NCBI GenBank assembly: GCA_049976305.1
Contig: JBMFIM010000007.1
Location: forward strand, 1-42,094
Reading direction: 5' to 3'
DNA from: Candidatus Micrarchaeia archaeon
Lineage (GTDB): Archaea > Micrarchaeota > Micrarchaeia > Micrarchaeales > CABMGC01
DNA length: 42,094 nucleotides
Numbering within the stretch: the stretch's first letter is position 1; each line of letters begins with the position of its first letter. This document shows positions 27,481 through 37,130 of this stretch, piece after piece. The translations under genes were made by a program, and so were the position numbers. The notes beneath the pieces were generated by a model, which was not told where the DNA came from, did not search any database, and saw nothing but the letters and a program-made list of their open reading frames with translations.

Positions 27481-29460
27481 GTGGTAGCTTTGGAAAACGA
27501 CAAAGGAAAAGAGGAAAGCAAGAAAGAGAAGGAAAAAAGCGAAGAGCTTCTTCAAAGGCTAGAGGAAATACTGCCAAAAGAAGCAGAGATAACAAAGGTA
27601 GCTTTTGAAGGGCCTGACGTGGCGATATACGGGAAGAACATAAGCGCGATATATGGGCATGAAGACTTGATAAGAAACGCCTCTGCAGCGATAAAGAAGA
27701 AGCTTATTCTTAGAAGCGACCCAAGCGTGCTGCTTGACAAGGAAGATGCCGAGAAGAAGATAAGGGAGCTTGTGCCTGCTGACGCAGGCATACCTGAAGA
27801 CGGCATAAGGTTCTCTCCAGAGTTTTGCGAAGTGTACATAGAAGCCCAGAAGCCGGGAATGGTTATAGGCAAAGAAGGCTCAACGCTCAGCGAGATAGTC
27901 AGGCAGACTGGCTGGATTCCTAAGATAATGCGCATACCTTCAATGAACAGCGATGTGATAAAAGGAATAAGGCAGCTATACTTGAAGGAGGAAGATTTCA
28001 GGAAAAAGTTTTTGCTAGGCCTTGGGAAGAAGATAAACCTTGATAGGGGAAACATAGAGTGGGTGAAGGTAACAGCGCTTGGCGGCTTCAGGGAAGTCGG
28101 CAGGAGCAGCTTGCTTGTAGAAACAAACAACTCCAAGGTGATAATAGACTGTGGCCTTAGCCCGGAGCCTGCAGTAAAGGGGCTTGAAGCTATTACCGGC
28201 GATACCAACAAGGTGTTTCCTTATCTCGATACTGCCAACATAACTGTAAACGACATCGATGCTGTTATATTGACGCATGCGCACATAGACCACACAGGCT
28301 TCGTTCCTTACCTATTCCGCTACGGCTACGAGGGTCCGGTATACTGCACTCCGCCGACTAGGGACTTGACTGCATTGGTGCTTTATGACTACATCAAACT
28401 GGTTCAAAGAAGCGGCGGCACGCCACTTTACGAGGAGAAGGATGTAAAGAAGATGCTCGCCCATGTAGTGACAAGGGAATACGGCGAAGTCACAAACATA
28501 ACAGACGAGATGAAGCTTACTTTCCACAACGCTGGGCACATCCTCGGTAGCAGCATAGTGCATTTGCATATAGGCGAAGGCTTATACAATCTTGTCTATA
28601 CCGGCGATTTCAAGTATGGCTTCACTAGGCTTCTTGACGAGGCCGACACGCGGTACCCGAGAATAGATGCTCTCTTTATGGAAAGCACCTATGGCGGTGC
28701 AAAAGACATACCGATCAATAGGCAGCAGGCAGAAGTTCAGCTTATGGAAACAATAAAGCAGGTAATAGACAACAAGGGCAAGGTGCTTATCCCTGTCCTC
28801 TCAGTTGGCAGGGGCCAGGAGCTCATGCTCATACTAGAGGCGTATATGAAAAACAATCCGAGATACAGCCTCAACGCACCAATATATCTTGACGGCATGA
28901 TACTTGAGGCAAGCGCAATACACACCGCCTATCCTGAATACCTTAAGCATTCCCTGAGAAGGCGCATACTCAGCAATGATTCTCCTTTCGAAAGCGAGCT
29001 GTTCCAAGTAGCAAAAGGAGAGATAGAGGAAGTAGTGGATGGCGATCCAGCAGTGATTCTTGCCAGCGGGGGCATGCTAAACGGCGGCACCAGCCTTGAG
29101 TACTTCAGGCGCCTGGCAGATGATCCAAAGAACGCGATAGTCTTTGTCAACTATACCAGCGTAAACTCCTTGGCAAGGCGCGTCCAGAATGGCCTCACCG
29201 AGGTGGCGCTGCCCGATGAGGAGGGCAAGCTTCAGCCAGTTAAGATAAACCTCAAGGTCAATACTATTGACGCCTTCAGCGGCCACAGCAACAGGATAGA
29301 GCTTGTCAACTTTGCCACAAGGGTAAGGCCTCTGCCAAAGCGCATCTTCACAATGCATGGCGAAGAGCAGAAGTGCGAAGACCTTGCCAGATATCTTAAC
29401 ATGAAGCTGCATGTCGAGACTAGGGCGCCGATGAATTTGGACACTATACGGCTGAAATGA
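27481..29460 (+). CDS. fttA: beta-CASP ribonuclease aCPSF1 (FttA)
   Basis: KH domains, GGFREVGRS, THAHIDH, AGHILGS, MESTYG, FSGHS, HGE, NLDTIRLK; conserved position after psmB. Confidence 0.96.
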   Translation: MVALENDKGKEESKKEKEKSEELLQRLEEILPKEAEITKVAFEGPDVAIYGKNISAIYGHEDLIRNASAAIKKKLILRSDPSVLLDKEDAEKKIRELVPADAGIPEDGIRFSPEFCEVYIEAQKPGMVIGKEGSTLSEIVRQTGWIPKIMRIPSMNSDVIKGIRQLYLKEEDFRKKFLLGLGKKINLDRGNIEWVKVTALGGFREVGRSSLLVETNNSKVIIDCGLSPEPAVKGLEAITGDTNKVFPYLDTANITVNDIDAVILTHAHIDHTGFVPYLFRYGYEGPVYCTPPTRDLTALVLYDYIKLVQRSGGTPLYEEKDVKKMLAHVVTREYGEVTNITDEMKLTFHNAGHILGSSIVHLHIGEGLYNLVYTGDFKYGFTRLLDEADTRYPRIDALFMESTYGGAKDIPINRQQAEVQLMETIKQVIDNKGKVLIPVLSVGRGQELMLILEAYMKNNPRYSLNAPIYLDGMILEASAIHTAYPEYLKHSLRRRILSNDSPFESELFQVAKGEIEEVVDGDPAVILASGGMLNGGTSLEYFRRLADDPKNAIVFVNYTSVNSLARRVQNGLTEVALPDEEGKLQPVKINLKVNTIDAFSGHSNRIELVNFATRVRPLPKRIFTMHGEEQKCEDLARYLNMKLHVETRAPMNLDTIRLK

Positions 29461-29476
29461 CAAATATTTTGGCTTT

Positions 29477-30697
29477 TTATTTTGCAGGCAAATATAAGCT
29501 TGCATTCTCATTGATCTCCAGTTCTGTATAGTTGCTGAAATTAAATAGCGAGGGCGATGTGCCTATGCCCTTCACTATTAAAATCGGCTTGCCTGAATAA
29601 TTTTCATATGGCGGAATAGCACTTATGTTATAAAAGTCAAGCAAAGCCCACACGTTCGAAGCTACTTCTCTATAAGAATGGCTGTTTAGGTACTGGATTG
29701 CATTTATCATATACTGATTTCTTTCATTTACGTTGTATGCGCTTTTCAAAAGGCCAGGCAGTAACAATATAGAAAAAACAAAGAAGGCAAAATCAAGCAA
29801 CAAGACGGCTTTGCTTCTTTTATCATCAAGCTTTTGCGCCAAAACAAACACCAAAGGGGCGTAGACTATATAGGACCACCTAGGAATTGTGTAGACAAAG
29901 TTTGACATTAAAGCTCCCGCAAACAACACTGCAAGGCTTATTAGTAGAAAAATGAGAAGCTGCTTGTTTGCCTTCTTATCGCATCTGCAAAACAGCATAA
30001 GCATTAGGTAAAAAGCAAAGAATGGAAGAAACAGGGTAAGCAGCGGCGCAAGGCCGATTGAACTAGCGTAGAAGGAAGTATGCAAAGCAACCTTTACGGT
30101 CTCTATGTAGTTAAATATGGGATTTCCGAACGCAATGTAATTGAATGCAAGCCACGGAATAAATGGGGCAAGCAACAGGCTAATTGCCTTGCGCTTGTTG
30201 TTTGAAAATAGAATCAAAAAGGCAAAAGGCGCAGCGATTACCTTGCTGAGAATCGCCAAGGCTATGAAGAAGCTGAAATAGTATTTTCTCTCAAGGAAAA
30301 GCAGTAAGCCGACCAAAAGGAACAAAAACGAGAGTATTTCTGCACCGTTGAATATAGAATAGAAAATTATTGGAAACGGCGTCAGCACCAGCGAGACCAT
30401 TATGCTCTCGTTCATGTCAAGCTTTTTAGATGCATGAATTGCGATTGCGAAAAGCAGCAGTATGCACGCAATTATATAGAAGTAGCCTGCCTCATTTTTA
30501 AAAATCAGATAAAAAGGGACGAGCACCAGCCCGGTCAACGGCGCCCTTTCCCAGCCTATTAGACTATAATTGCCAGTTATTATGCCTTTTGCATAAAGTA
30601 TATGTGCTATTAAGTCCCAATAGTAGCCCAGTGGATAGTATACTACAGAGATGTTTATGAGTGCGAGCAAAAGCAGTAAAACAGAATATTTCTGCAT
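29477..30697 (-). CDS. GT-C-like membrane glycosyltransferase (PMT/ArnT-like)
   Basis: WD in first loop, ERAPL, AEILS, LSK, N...FGNP, PRW; many TMs. Confidence 0.65.
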   Translation of the reverse strand: MQKYSVLLLLLALINISVVYYPLGYYWDLIAHILYAKGIITGNYSLIGWERAPLTGLVLVPFYLIFKNEAGYFYIIACILLLFAIAIHASKKLDMNESIMVSLVLTPFPIIFYSIFNGAEILSFLFLLVGLLLFLERKYYFSFFIALAILSKVIAAPFAFLILFSNNKRKAISLLLAPFIPWLAFNYIAFGNPIFNYIETVKVALHTSFYASSIGLAPLLTLFLPFFAFYLMLMLFCRCDKKANKQLLIFLLISLAVLFAGALMSNFVYTIPRWSYIVYAPLVFVLAQKLDDKRSKAVLLLDFAFFVFSILLLPGLLKSAYNVNERNQYMINAIQYLNSHSYREVASNVWALLDFYNISAIPPYENYSGKPILIVKGIGTSPSLFNFSNYTELEINENASLYLPAK

Positions 30698-30770
30698 CTT
30701 TGAATGTTACAATAAAAGGTATTTATATTAGGCTTTTTACCTAAGCATAGGCTTAGCTGGGGCAAAAATT

Positions 30771-30796
30771 TAAAAATCTTTTTGCAAAGATTTTTA
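30771..30796. promoter_or_regulatory. 11-bp inverted repeat overlapping the hsp20 promoter; candidate operator
   Basis: TAAAAATCTTT-TTGC-AAAGATTTTTA overlapping TTTAAAA. Confidence 0.45.
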
Positions 30797-30820
30797 TTAG
30801 GGGGCAATTGGGGTGATAAG

Positions 30821-31270
30821 ATGGCGGCGAGAAGGAAGAAGGTTTCTGGAGACTGGCTTCTGCCTGATGTATTCAGCGACTACCCAGACAGGCTAAGCAA
30901 ATACCTAGACAAGCTTTTCTTTGCGCCAGCAAGATACCTGCAAGGCTTTGCAGAACTCCCTGACGTAGACCTTATAGACGAGGGAGACCACTTTGTAATA
31001 CGCGCAGACATGCCAGGAGTGAGGAAGGAGGACATAAAGCTGAGAGTGGACAAGGACAAGGTAGTAATAAGCGCAGAAACGAAGAAGCAGAAGGAAGAGA
31101 AAGGAAAGAACTATTACTACAACGAGCGATCGGCAGCAAGCTACTTCAGGTCAATTCCTCTTCCAAGCGAGGTTTTGCCAGACACAGCCAGCGCCAAGTT
31201 TGAAGACGGCACTCTAGAGATAAATGTCAAGAAGACAAAGGAAGAGGGCAAGGAAATCGAAGTAAAGTGA
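30821..31270 (+). CDS. Small heat-shock protein Hsp20
   Basis: VDLID.GD, ADMPGV.KEDI, ER....FRSIPLP, AKFEDGTLEI, IEV tail; GGGGTGA RBS before ATG 30821. Confidence 0.95.
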   Translation: MAARRKKVSGDWLLPDVFSDYPDRLSKYLDKLFFAPARYLQGFAELPDVDLIDEGDHFVIRADMPGVRKEDIKLRVDKDKVVISAETKKQKEEKGKNYYYNERSAASYFRSIPLPSEVLPDTASAKFEDGTLEINVKKTKEEGKEIEVK

Positions 31271-31309
31271 AGCAAAGCAGGCAGAAATCCAGAGCCAGCA
31301 GTTTCTTCA

Positions 31310-31951
31310 TTATTTTATTTCTTCTGGGTTTTTCATTTCTGTTAGCTTCTTTAATGCTATATAGGTGGCCATCGCCGTATTGTAGATGTCTCTCGTTCTT
31401 CCCCTTGCAAAGGTCCATACATCCTTGACCCCTGCAAGCTCTAGCACAGCTTTTGCTATAGGCCCTGCAACTATGCCTACTCCTCTCGGTGCTGGCTTTA
31501 TGTGCACCTCAGCGCTGCCGCACCTGCCCTTAGTTTTTATCGGCAAGCTGTGTGGCATTCCGCAGTTGCATTCCCATGAGCCGCAGCCAAGCTTTATAGA
31601 AATTATGTGAAGTTTTGCGTCCTTTATTGCGGCCTCAAGCGTTGGCTTTCTCTCTATTCCCTTTCCAACGCCTACGCCCACGTGACCATTCCTATCGCCT
31701 ACTACTACTGTGATCCTGTATTTCTGCTTCCTAGTATCTTTTGTCATCCTTTGAACGCTTGCAATTTCAAGCACCTGGTTTTCAAGCCTAGGCAGCAACG
31801 CATCGACTATTCCTATTTCCTTTATAGGCTTGCCCAGTGCAAATATCTGCTCTATGCTTGTGATCCTGCCTTCTTTTACCATTTTGCCTAGCTTGGTCTT
31901 AGGCTGCCAATTCTCTACGCTAAATTCCTGCTTTTCAATTTCTTCTTCCAT
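31310..31951 (-). CDS. rps5: 30S ribosomal protein uS5
   Basis: WQPKTKLG, GCGSWECNC, PAPRGVG. Confidence 0.97.
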   Translation of the reverse strand: MEEEIEKQEFSVENWQPKTKLGKMVKEGRITSIEQIFALGKPIKEIGIVDALLPRLENQVLEIASVQRMTKDTRKQKYRITVVVGDRNGHVGVGVGKGIERKPTLEAAIKDAKLHIISIKLGCGSWECNCGMPHSLPIKTKGRCGSAEVHIKPAPRGVGIVAGPIAKAVLELAGVKDVWTFARGRTRDIYNTAMATYIALKKLTEMKNPEEIK

Positions 31952-32496
31952 TAAGCATCACCTGCCAGCTTTTTCTTGACCTCGCTGAAAAGCTCTCCAA
32001 GCTTCTCAGGGTTTACGCCAGCTTTAATATATTCGCCGAACTGCCTTTTAAGCTTTTCAGGCTCCTTTGCGAGCATAGCAGCATAAGCCGCGACGTTGCC
32101 TGCGCTGTAGAGCTTTTCGTCTATTTCGAAATTACCTCTAAGCTTTTTGCCCATGTCCGAGAAGCCTTTTGCAAAGACAAAAGGCAGCGAGCCCTTTGTG
32201 CTAGCGGCAAGGCCTATGTCAAGCACGAGCTCCTTGTCATCTTGCTTGAACTTCTTGGCAAGAAGCATGCCCGTCAGATAAGCAGTGGCCCGGTTTGCCC
32301 TGCTTGGCCATCCCAGCTTTTTGAGCTCGTTGGAGTCTGCGCTTGCGAGCACCCTGTCCCCGGAAGGATCGTATTGCACTACCTGACCTATTATGCGCCT
32401 GTTGGTCTTCCTGACCACAAGCCTGTACATGTTGCTCTTTACCAATGCAAGCCTTTTGCGGTAGTTTGTCAAACCTAACCTTCTTCTTTTGAACAC
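31951..32496 (-). CDS. rpl18: 50S ribosomal protein uL18
   Basis: TNYRKRL, RLVVRKTN, AYLTG, LDIGL; GTG start after AGGTGA. Confidence 0.95.
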   Translation of the reverse strand: MFKRRRLGLTNYRKRLALVKSNMYRLVVRKTNRRIIGQVVQYDPSGDRVLASADSNELKKLGWPSRANRATAYLTGMLLAKKFKQDDKELVLDIGLAASTKGSLPFVFAKGFSDMGKKLRGNFEIDEKLYSAGNVAAYAAMLAKEPEKLKRQFGEYIKAGVNPEKLGELFSEVKKKLAGDA

Positions 32497-32500
32497 AATA

Positions 32501-32992
32501 TCACCTATACTGGGCTTTTATGTATTCGTTGATCTGCTTCAGCTCGTCTTCGCTGACCTTAACGCCCTGCTCGTCAAGGTGGAGAAGCAGTGAACGCTTG
32601 TCCGGAAATGCGTTGCCCTTGACGAGGGCGTAGAACTTGTTGAAGGTTTTGTTGTCAAGCTTCTTCATAGCCTTGAGCTTTTTAAGCAGAAGCCTCTGAG
32701 ACCTTACCTTCTTTTCCCACACCCTGCCAGCTCTTGCCTTTGCAGTTCCTCTCCTCTTTCCATAGCCTCTCTTCCTGCCCTTTTCCCTCTTTACCTTTAG
32801 CAGTTTTCCGTGCAGGCTGAGATTATGCTTCTCTGGCTCGGCGTAGACGCCGCCTTCTTTGATAAGCTTCCTAACGTCATCTTTCGTAAGCGCCTTCTTA
32901 GCCTCTTCAAGCGCGCTATCCTTTATCCTTATTGCTCTTACTCCTCTTCCAAGCATTTCGCTTGCAACACGCTTAACAAACTTTATGGTCAT
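32501..32992 (-). CDS. rpl19e: 50S ribosomal protein eL19
   Basis: KRVAS, GRKRGYGKRRGTAKAR, VKGN.F; ATG 32992 has an RBS. Confidence 0.95.
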   Translation of the reverse strand: MTIKFVKRVASEMLGRGVRAIRIKDSALEEAKKALTKDDVRKLIKEGGVYAEPEKHNLSLHGKLLKVKREKGRKRGYGKRRGTAKARAGRVWEKKVRSQRLLLKKLKAMKKLDNKTFNKFYALVKGNAFPDKRSLLLHLDEQGVKVSEDELKQINEYIKAQYR

Positions 32993-33002
32993 GTGCACAC
33001 CT

Positions 33003-33362
33003 TCATGCAAGCCTTATTCCCTTTTCCTGTGCGAGCTGCCTCAGTTGCTCCTTCTTCCTAGCAGAGAGAGCATGATACAGCTTTGCTGCATAGCCCTGCT
33101 TGTTTGCAAGCTCAAGCAGTTCCTTGCTGTTGTGGACTAGCACCTCTATAAGCCCTTCCCTATTTCTGTACCTTACTTCCTCGGCGTTCTTGTAGCCTAT
33201 GTTGGGGCTCTTGCCGTGGAATTTCTTGCTGACTCTCATCTTGTTGTCTATCCCCCTCTGCCTGCGCCATCTGTCCTTTACTCTTTTCCTGTTCTTTGCG
33301 CCAAGGTTGGGCACCTTGAAGTGCGGCTTTTTCTTCTTCACGATTTTAGCGCTAGCGGTCAT
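33003..33362 (-). CDS. rpl32e: 50S ribosomal protein eL32
   Basis: KPHF, WRRQRGIDNKMR, PNIGY, LVHN..EL. Confidence 0.95.
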   Translation of the reverse strand: MTASAKIVKKKKPHFKVPNLGAKNRKRVKDRWRRQRGIDNKMRVSKKFHGKSPNIGYKNAEEVRYRNREGLIEVLVHNSKELLELANKQGYAAKLYHALSARKKEQLRQLAQEKGIRLA

Positions 33363-33363
33363 T

Positions 33364-33897
33364 TTACTCCTCCTTCAAAAGGTATATGCCGTCTTGGAAT
33401 ACGCGGCTGTCTTTGTCTTTCAGGAACGAAAGCTTGAACAGGTTTGCGACTGTCTGGCCCACATCGTAAGGGTCGACGCCTTTGACATAGACGTCCTGCC
33501 CCTTTATCTCCACCTTCGTATCTCCTACAATCTTTGCTACCCTAGGCAATCTCTCGCCGAACATGTTCTTGACAAGCACCTCGTTGTTTTTCACCTCGAA
33601 GCTCATAGGGAAGTGGGAATAAATTACCTTCATATGCTTTGTTATTCCTTCCTGTACGCCGTGAATCGCCCTCTTTATCTCGTTTGAAAGGGCAGTTTCT
33701 GCCAGCATGGCCCTTTTGGTCTTTTCCTTGCCCTCCACTGGCGCTACAACCACCTTGTTTCCTTCTATCTTCGCCTCTACAAGCAGCGTGTTTACCTTCT
33801 TGGTTGTCGAGCCGAGCTTTCCGCTGACCTTGATGTGCTCGCCGTCGTCGAGCAGCTCGACCTTGACTCCTTCAGGTATCTCTATTTCTGTTGCCAT
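33364..33897 (-). CDS. rpl6: 50S ribosomal protein uL6
   Basis: IPEGV, YSHFPM, NMFGE, DSRVFQDGIY. Confidence 0.97.
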   Translation of the reverse strand: MATEIEIPEGVKVELLDDGEHIKVSGKLGSTTKKVNTLLVEAKIEGNKVVVAPVEGKEKTKRAMLAETALSNEIKRAIHGVQEGITKHMKVIYSHFPMSFEVKNNEVLVKNMFGERLPRVAKIVGDTKVEIKGQDVYVKGVDPYDVGQTVANLFKLSFLKDKDSRVFQDGIYLLKEE

Positions 33898-33906
33898 GTT
33901 AAGCGC

Positions 33907-34290
33907 CTAGTAAACATAGGCCAAGAGCCTTCCGCCAAGCCTGCTTTCCTTCGCCTTTTTGTTGCTCATTACCCCTTTTGGCGTAGACACTACCAGCATG
34001 CCGAAGTTTTTGCTTGGTATGTACCTTGCCTCGTATTTGTTGTACTCGTCAATGCTCACAGCATGCCTGGGCTTTATCACGCCTATGTCGTTTATCTTTT
34101 TGGCGAGAACGACCTTGACCTTTTTGAACTTGCCTTCTGTGAATTCCTCAAAGTCCTTGATGTAGCCGTTTTCCTTCAGCGTTTGGAGCACAGCCTTTAC
34201 GAGCTTGGTTGAGTACAGCTCGCAATAGTCCTTTCCTATGCTGTCGTATATCTTAAGCTTGTTTAGCGAATCAGCGAGAATGTCTGCCAT
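33907..34290 (-). CDS. rps8: 30S ribosomal protein uS8
   Basis: DILAD, GVIKPR, STPKGVM, GGRLLAYVY. Confidence 0.97.
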   Translation of the reverse strand: MADILADSLNKLKIYDSIGKDYCELYSTKLVKAVLQTLKENGYIKDFEEFTEGKFKKVKVVLAKKINDIGVIKPRHAVSIDEYNKYEARYIPSKNFGMLVVSTPKGVMSNKKAKESRLGGRLLAYVY

Positions 34291-34298
34291 AAAACCAC

Positions 34299-34454
34299 TC
34301 AGCTATATTTTTCAAACCCAAGCTCTCTTGCGTGCTCCCTGAAGCATCTCCTGCATAGGTATATGCCATAAACCCTTATAAGGCCTTTCGAAGTGCCGCA
34401 TATCCTGCACTTCCTCTTGCCTTTGCTCTCGTATCTGTCAGCATAATCCTTCAT
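34299..34454 (-). CDS. rps14: 30S ribosomal protein uS14, zinc type (not in ORF track)
   Basis: [55 protein letters not shown] overlap with the uL5 stop. Confidence 0.96.
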   Translation of the reverse strand: MKDYADRYESKGKRKCRICGTSKGLIRVYGIYLCRRCFREHARELGFEKYS

Positions 34455-34987
34455 GATTCCTCACCCTTAAACTTGACTTTGAACTCTTTAGCGAGGTACT
34501 CCTCGAGCTCCTCGTTGCTTATCATCTTGTGCCTTCTTGGCACCTTGCCCCTCTTTATCTTCTTGCGCTCCACCCTCATTCCAGGCCTGGCAAAAGTCGC
34601 GTTAACGTTGAGCCCGAGCATGCCTATCTTAGGGTCGTACTTCATTCCAGAGAAGTAAATGTACTCGTTCACCCCGAAGTTTACGCTGTTGTTTGATATT
34701 GCGTTCCTGCTCAGAGTAAAGTCCACTGCGTCAAGGGCCTTTTCAAATATCTTCCTTGCTTCTGCATGCCTTACAGTTACAAAGGCACCTATTATCTGGC
34801 CTTTCTTTATGCCAAATTCAGGCCTTCTAGATTTGGACTTTGCCGGTGCAGGCACGTGGCCCGTGAGCCTTTGCAGTATTTCCTTCGCACCGTCGTATTT
34901 GTCTTCGCTCGCCCCTATTCCTATATTAAGCGTGACCTTTTCGAGCCTTATTGATTGCATGGGGTTTGCCTTCTCCACGTCACTCAC
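34451..34987 (-). CDS. rpl5: 50S ribosomal protein uL5
   Basis: [25 protein letters not shown]. Confidence 0.97.
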   Translation of the reverse strand: MSDVEKANPMQSIRLEKVTLNIGIGASEDKYDGAKEILQRLTGHVPAPAKSKSRRPEFGIKKGQIIGAFVTVRHAEARKIFEKALDAVDFTLSRNAISNNSVNFGVNEYIYFSGMKYDPKIGMLGLNVNATFARPGMRVERKKIKRGKVPRRHKMISNEELEEYLAKEFKVKFKGEES

Positions 34988-35663
34988 CTACTACCATTAT
35001 GTTGTCTATTACTGTCTTGATGCTGCCGCTGTCTGTGGCAAGCTCCACCATCATAGGCCTCGAAGCTGTTCCTTCTGTTATCGAAACAACCTTGCCCCTT
35101 TTGTTAGGGTGCCTGCCTTTGTAGACTATGCATTCCACGCCGACTCCGAACTTAAGCACCTTTTCTATCTTTCCGTCGCTTCCTATGGCAACAGAGTCGT
35201 TTACCTTTATCTCCTTGCTGGGCGCTGCTGCAATGGTGCCGTCGTGTAGCCTTATCATGAGTTTGCCTCCTTTTGCCACATACTTGTCGATCACCTTGCT
35301 GATTCTCTTTGCGTCAGCTTCTGCCTTCTCAAGCGCCACAGCACCCTGGTTGTTTATAGCAACCTTGTAGTGCTCGCCTGATGCCAAGCTTACTATGTCG
35401 CCGTAGCCCACTGCGAACTTCGTGTCTTTTACGACCTTGCCGTTCACTTTAACCTTACCTTGCCTAATTATCCTTTCGGCCTCCTTCATGTTGGTAGCGT
35501 AGCCAAGCTTGTCCCTGAGCAACGAGCTCAGTGCTATGCTTCTGCCAAGATCGTGCCTGCCAGGACTCGGCTTTACTATGAACTTGGCTTCCTTCCTAGG
35601 CACGCCTAGGAACGTCGACATTGCAAGCCTTTTAATATGCCTGCTGTTTCCTTTTCTGCTCAT
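34980..35663 (-). CDS. rps4e: 30S ribosomal protein eS4
   Basis: HIKRL, PSPGRH, LRDKLGYA, VKVNGK, LHDG. Confidence 0.96.
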   Translation of the reverse strand: MSRKGNSRHIKRLAMSTFLGVPRKEAKFIVKPSPGRHDLGRSIALSSLLRDKLGYATNMKEAERIIRQGKVKVNGKVVKDTKFAVGYGDIVSLASGEHYKVAINNQGAVALEKAEADAKRISKVIDKYVAKGGKLMIRLHDGTIAAAPSKEIKVNDSVAIGSDGKIEKVLKFGVGVECIVYKGRHPNKRGKVVSITEGTASRPMMVELATDSGSIKTVIDNIMVVGE

Positions 35664-35667
35664 TCGA

Positions 35668-36060
35668 TCAAGCCTTTGTCACCTTTGCCTTTTCAATCTT
35701 CTCAGATCTCCTCTTATCTGTAAGGTCTAAGTCGGTTATGTAAAGGTTTGAAACGCTTATCGGAATGAAGGCCTCTTTGCCTCTAGCATTTTTCCTCGTT
35801 ATGCCCTCTATGTAAGCAACGCCCTTTCTAAGCATCACAGCATGGACCTTGCCAGTTTTTCCTTTCATAGCCCCTGCCATTACCTTGACAGTGTCTCCCC
35901 TCCTTAGCTGTATGCTTCTTAGCCTTATCCCAAGCCTCTCCCTGAGTTCCTTGCTTATGTGTGCGTGTACGAAGTGCTGCCTTACATGCAGGCTGGCATT
36001 GAACCTAACAAATCTTTGCCTTCTCGGCTTCGCGCTTTCAACAAGTCTTACTGCCTGCAT
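35668..36060 (-). CDS. rpl24: 50S ribosomal protein uL24 (start 36060-36069)
   Basis: S.KPRRQR, SKELR, GDTVKVMAG KOW motif, SNL.ITDL. Confidence 0.95.
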   Translation of the reverse strand: MQAVRLVESAKPRRQRFVRFNASLHVRQHFVHAHISKELRERLGIRLRSIQLRRGDTVKVMAGAMKGKTGKVHAVMLRKGVAYIEGITRKNARGKEAFIPISVSNLYITDLDLTDKRRSEKIEKAKVTKA

Positions 36061-36065
36061 AAGCA

Positions 36066-36464
36066 TCACACAATCTTGGCAGAGATTCCTGCCAGCTTTG
36101 AATATCTCTCAATTACCTCTCTAGGTACGGGCCCCTTGATCTCTGTTCCTATGGGCAACAGATCGTCGCCGACCATTATGCCTGCATTGTCCTCGAAGAT
36201 GAGCCTCATGCCGTTTGCCCTTCTTATCGGCGCCTTCTGCCTTATTATTATCACCTTTACCGGCTTCTTGAGATATGTGGGCGAGCCTTTTACCACGCTG
36301 GCAACTATTACGTCGCCTACCCCTGCGGTCGGCATTCTGCCGTGCCTGTGCCCCTTCCCAAGCTTTCCGATCATTTTGAATTCGAGAGCGCCGCTGTTAT
36401 CAGCGCAGGGTATCAGCGCCCCGGGAACAAAAGTTCGCGTTATTTTAGCAGAAACCCCTTTCAT
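36066..36464 (-). CDS. rpl14: 50S ribosomal protein uL14
   Basis: CADNSGA, AGVGD, FEDNA, GTEIKGPV. Confidence 0.97.
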   Translation of the reverse strand: MKGVSAKITRTFVPGALIPCADNSGALEFKMIGKLGKGHRHGRMPTAGVGDVIVASVVKGSPTYLKKPVKVIIIRQKAPIRRANGMRLIFEDNAGIMVGDDLLPIGTEIKGPVPREVIERYSKLAGISAKIV

Positions 36465-36465
36465 A

Positions 36466-36774
36466 TCAAGCCCTCTTCACAATGTCTATTACTGCAAAAG
36501 CCTTGGTTTTGCTGAGCTTTCTAGTCTCAGCTATTTTTACAATATCCCCCTCTTTTGCAGATAAGCATGTCGGATTGTAGGCAGGTATCCTTGACCTTTT
36601 TCTCAGGTATCTCTCGTATTTGTAGAGGAAGCGGGTATAAGGTATTTCGACAATGGCGGTTTTTGCAGCCTTGCTGCTAACAACAGTGCCTGTAAGCACG
36701 GCTCCGCGTGTTTTCAGATTGCCGTGTATCGGGCACTTCGGATCGTGGCAATCCACAAGTTCTTCTTTATTCAT
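36466..36774 (-). CDS. rps17: 30S ribosomal protein uS17
   Basis: CHDPKCPIHG, KYERY, ETRKLSKTK. Confidence 0.97.
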   Translation of the reverse strand: MNKEELVDCHDPKCPIHGNLKTRGAVLTGTVVSSKAAKTAIVEIPYTRFLYKYERYLRKRSRIPAYNPTCLSAKEGDIVKIAETRKLSKTKAFAVIDIVKRA

Positions 36775-37073
36775 AGACTTCTCCTCTTGTAATACTTCAA
36801 TGCTTTCTCAGTCCTTTCAACAGGCCTGTAGTTTATTTCCTTGCCATCGACAAGGAAAGACTTTTTGCCTGCTTTGAAGCGGAATACGGCATTGGCCTTG
36901 ATGATTTTCTTTAAGCCCTTACTAGTATTTATTACTAACGTATTTTTGGTCTCGTCGACCACAGTGCCTTCTATTCCCTCTTGCTTTTTGTCCTTGTGCT
37001 TTACTACTCTCACTTGCAACCCTATGAGCTCGCTTATTACTATGCTTTTGTTGTTATAGCTTTCGTAATGCAT
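36771..37073 (-). CDS. rnp1: RNase P protein Rpp29/Pop4
   Basis: ELIGL.V.V, GIEGTVVDETKNTL, VDG.EI..RP.ER; start trimmed to ATG 37073. Confidence 0.92.
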   Translation of the reverse strand: MHYESYNNKSIVISELIGLQVRVVKHKDKKQEGIEGTVVDETKNTLVINTSKGLKKIIKANAVFRFKAGKKSFLVDGKEINYRPVERTEKALKYYKRRSL

Positions 37074-37130
37074 GTATTTAATTTTATTTGTAGATTTATT
37101 AAGAATACATATAAAAACATTGCTGGTTTC

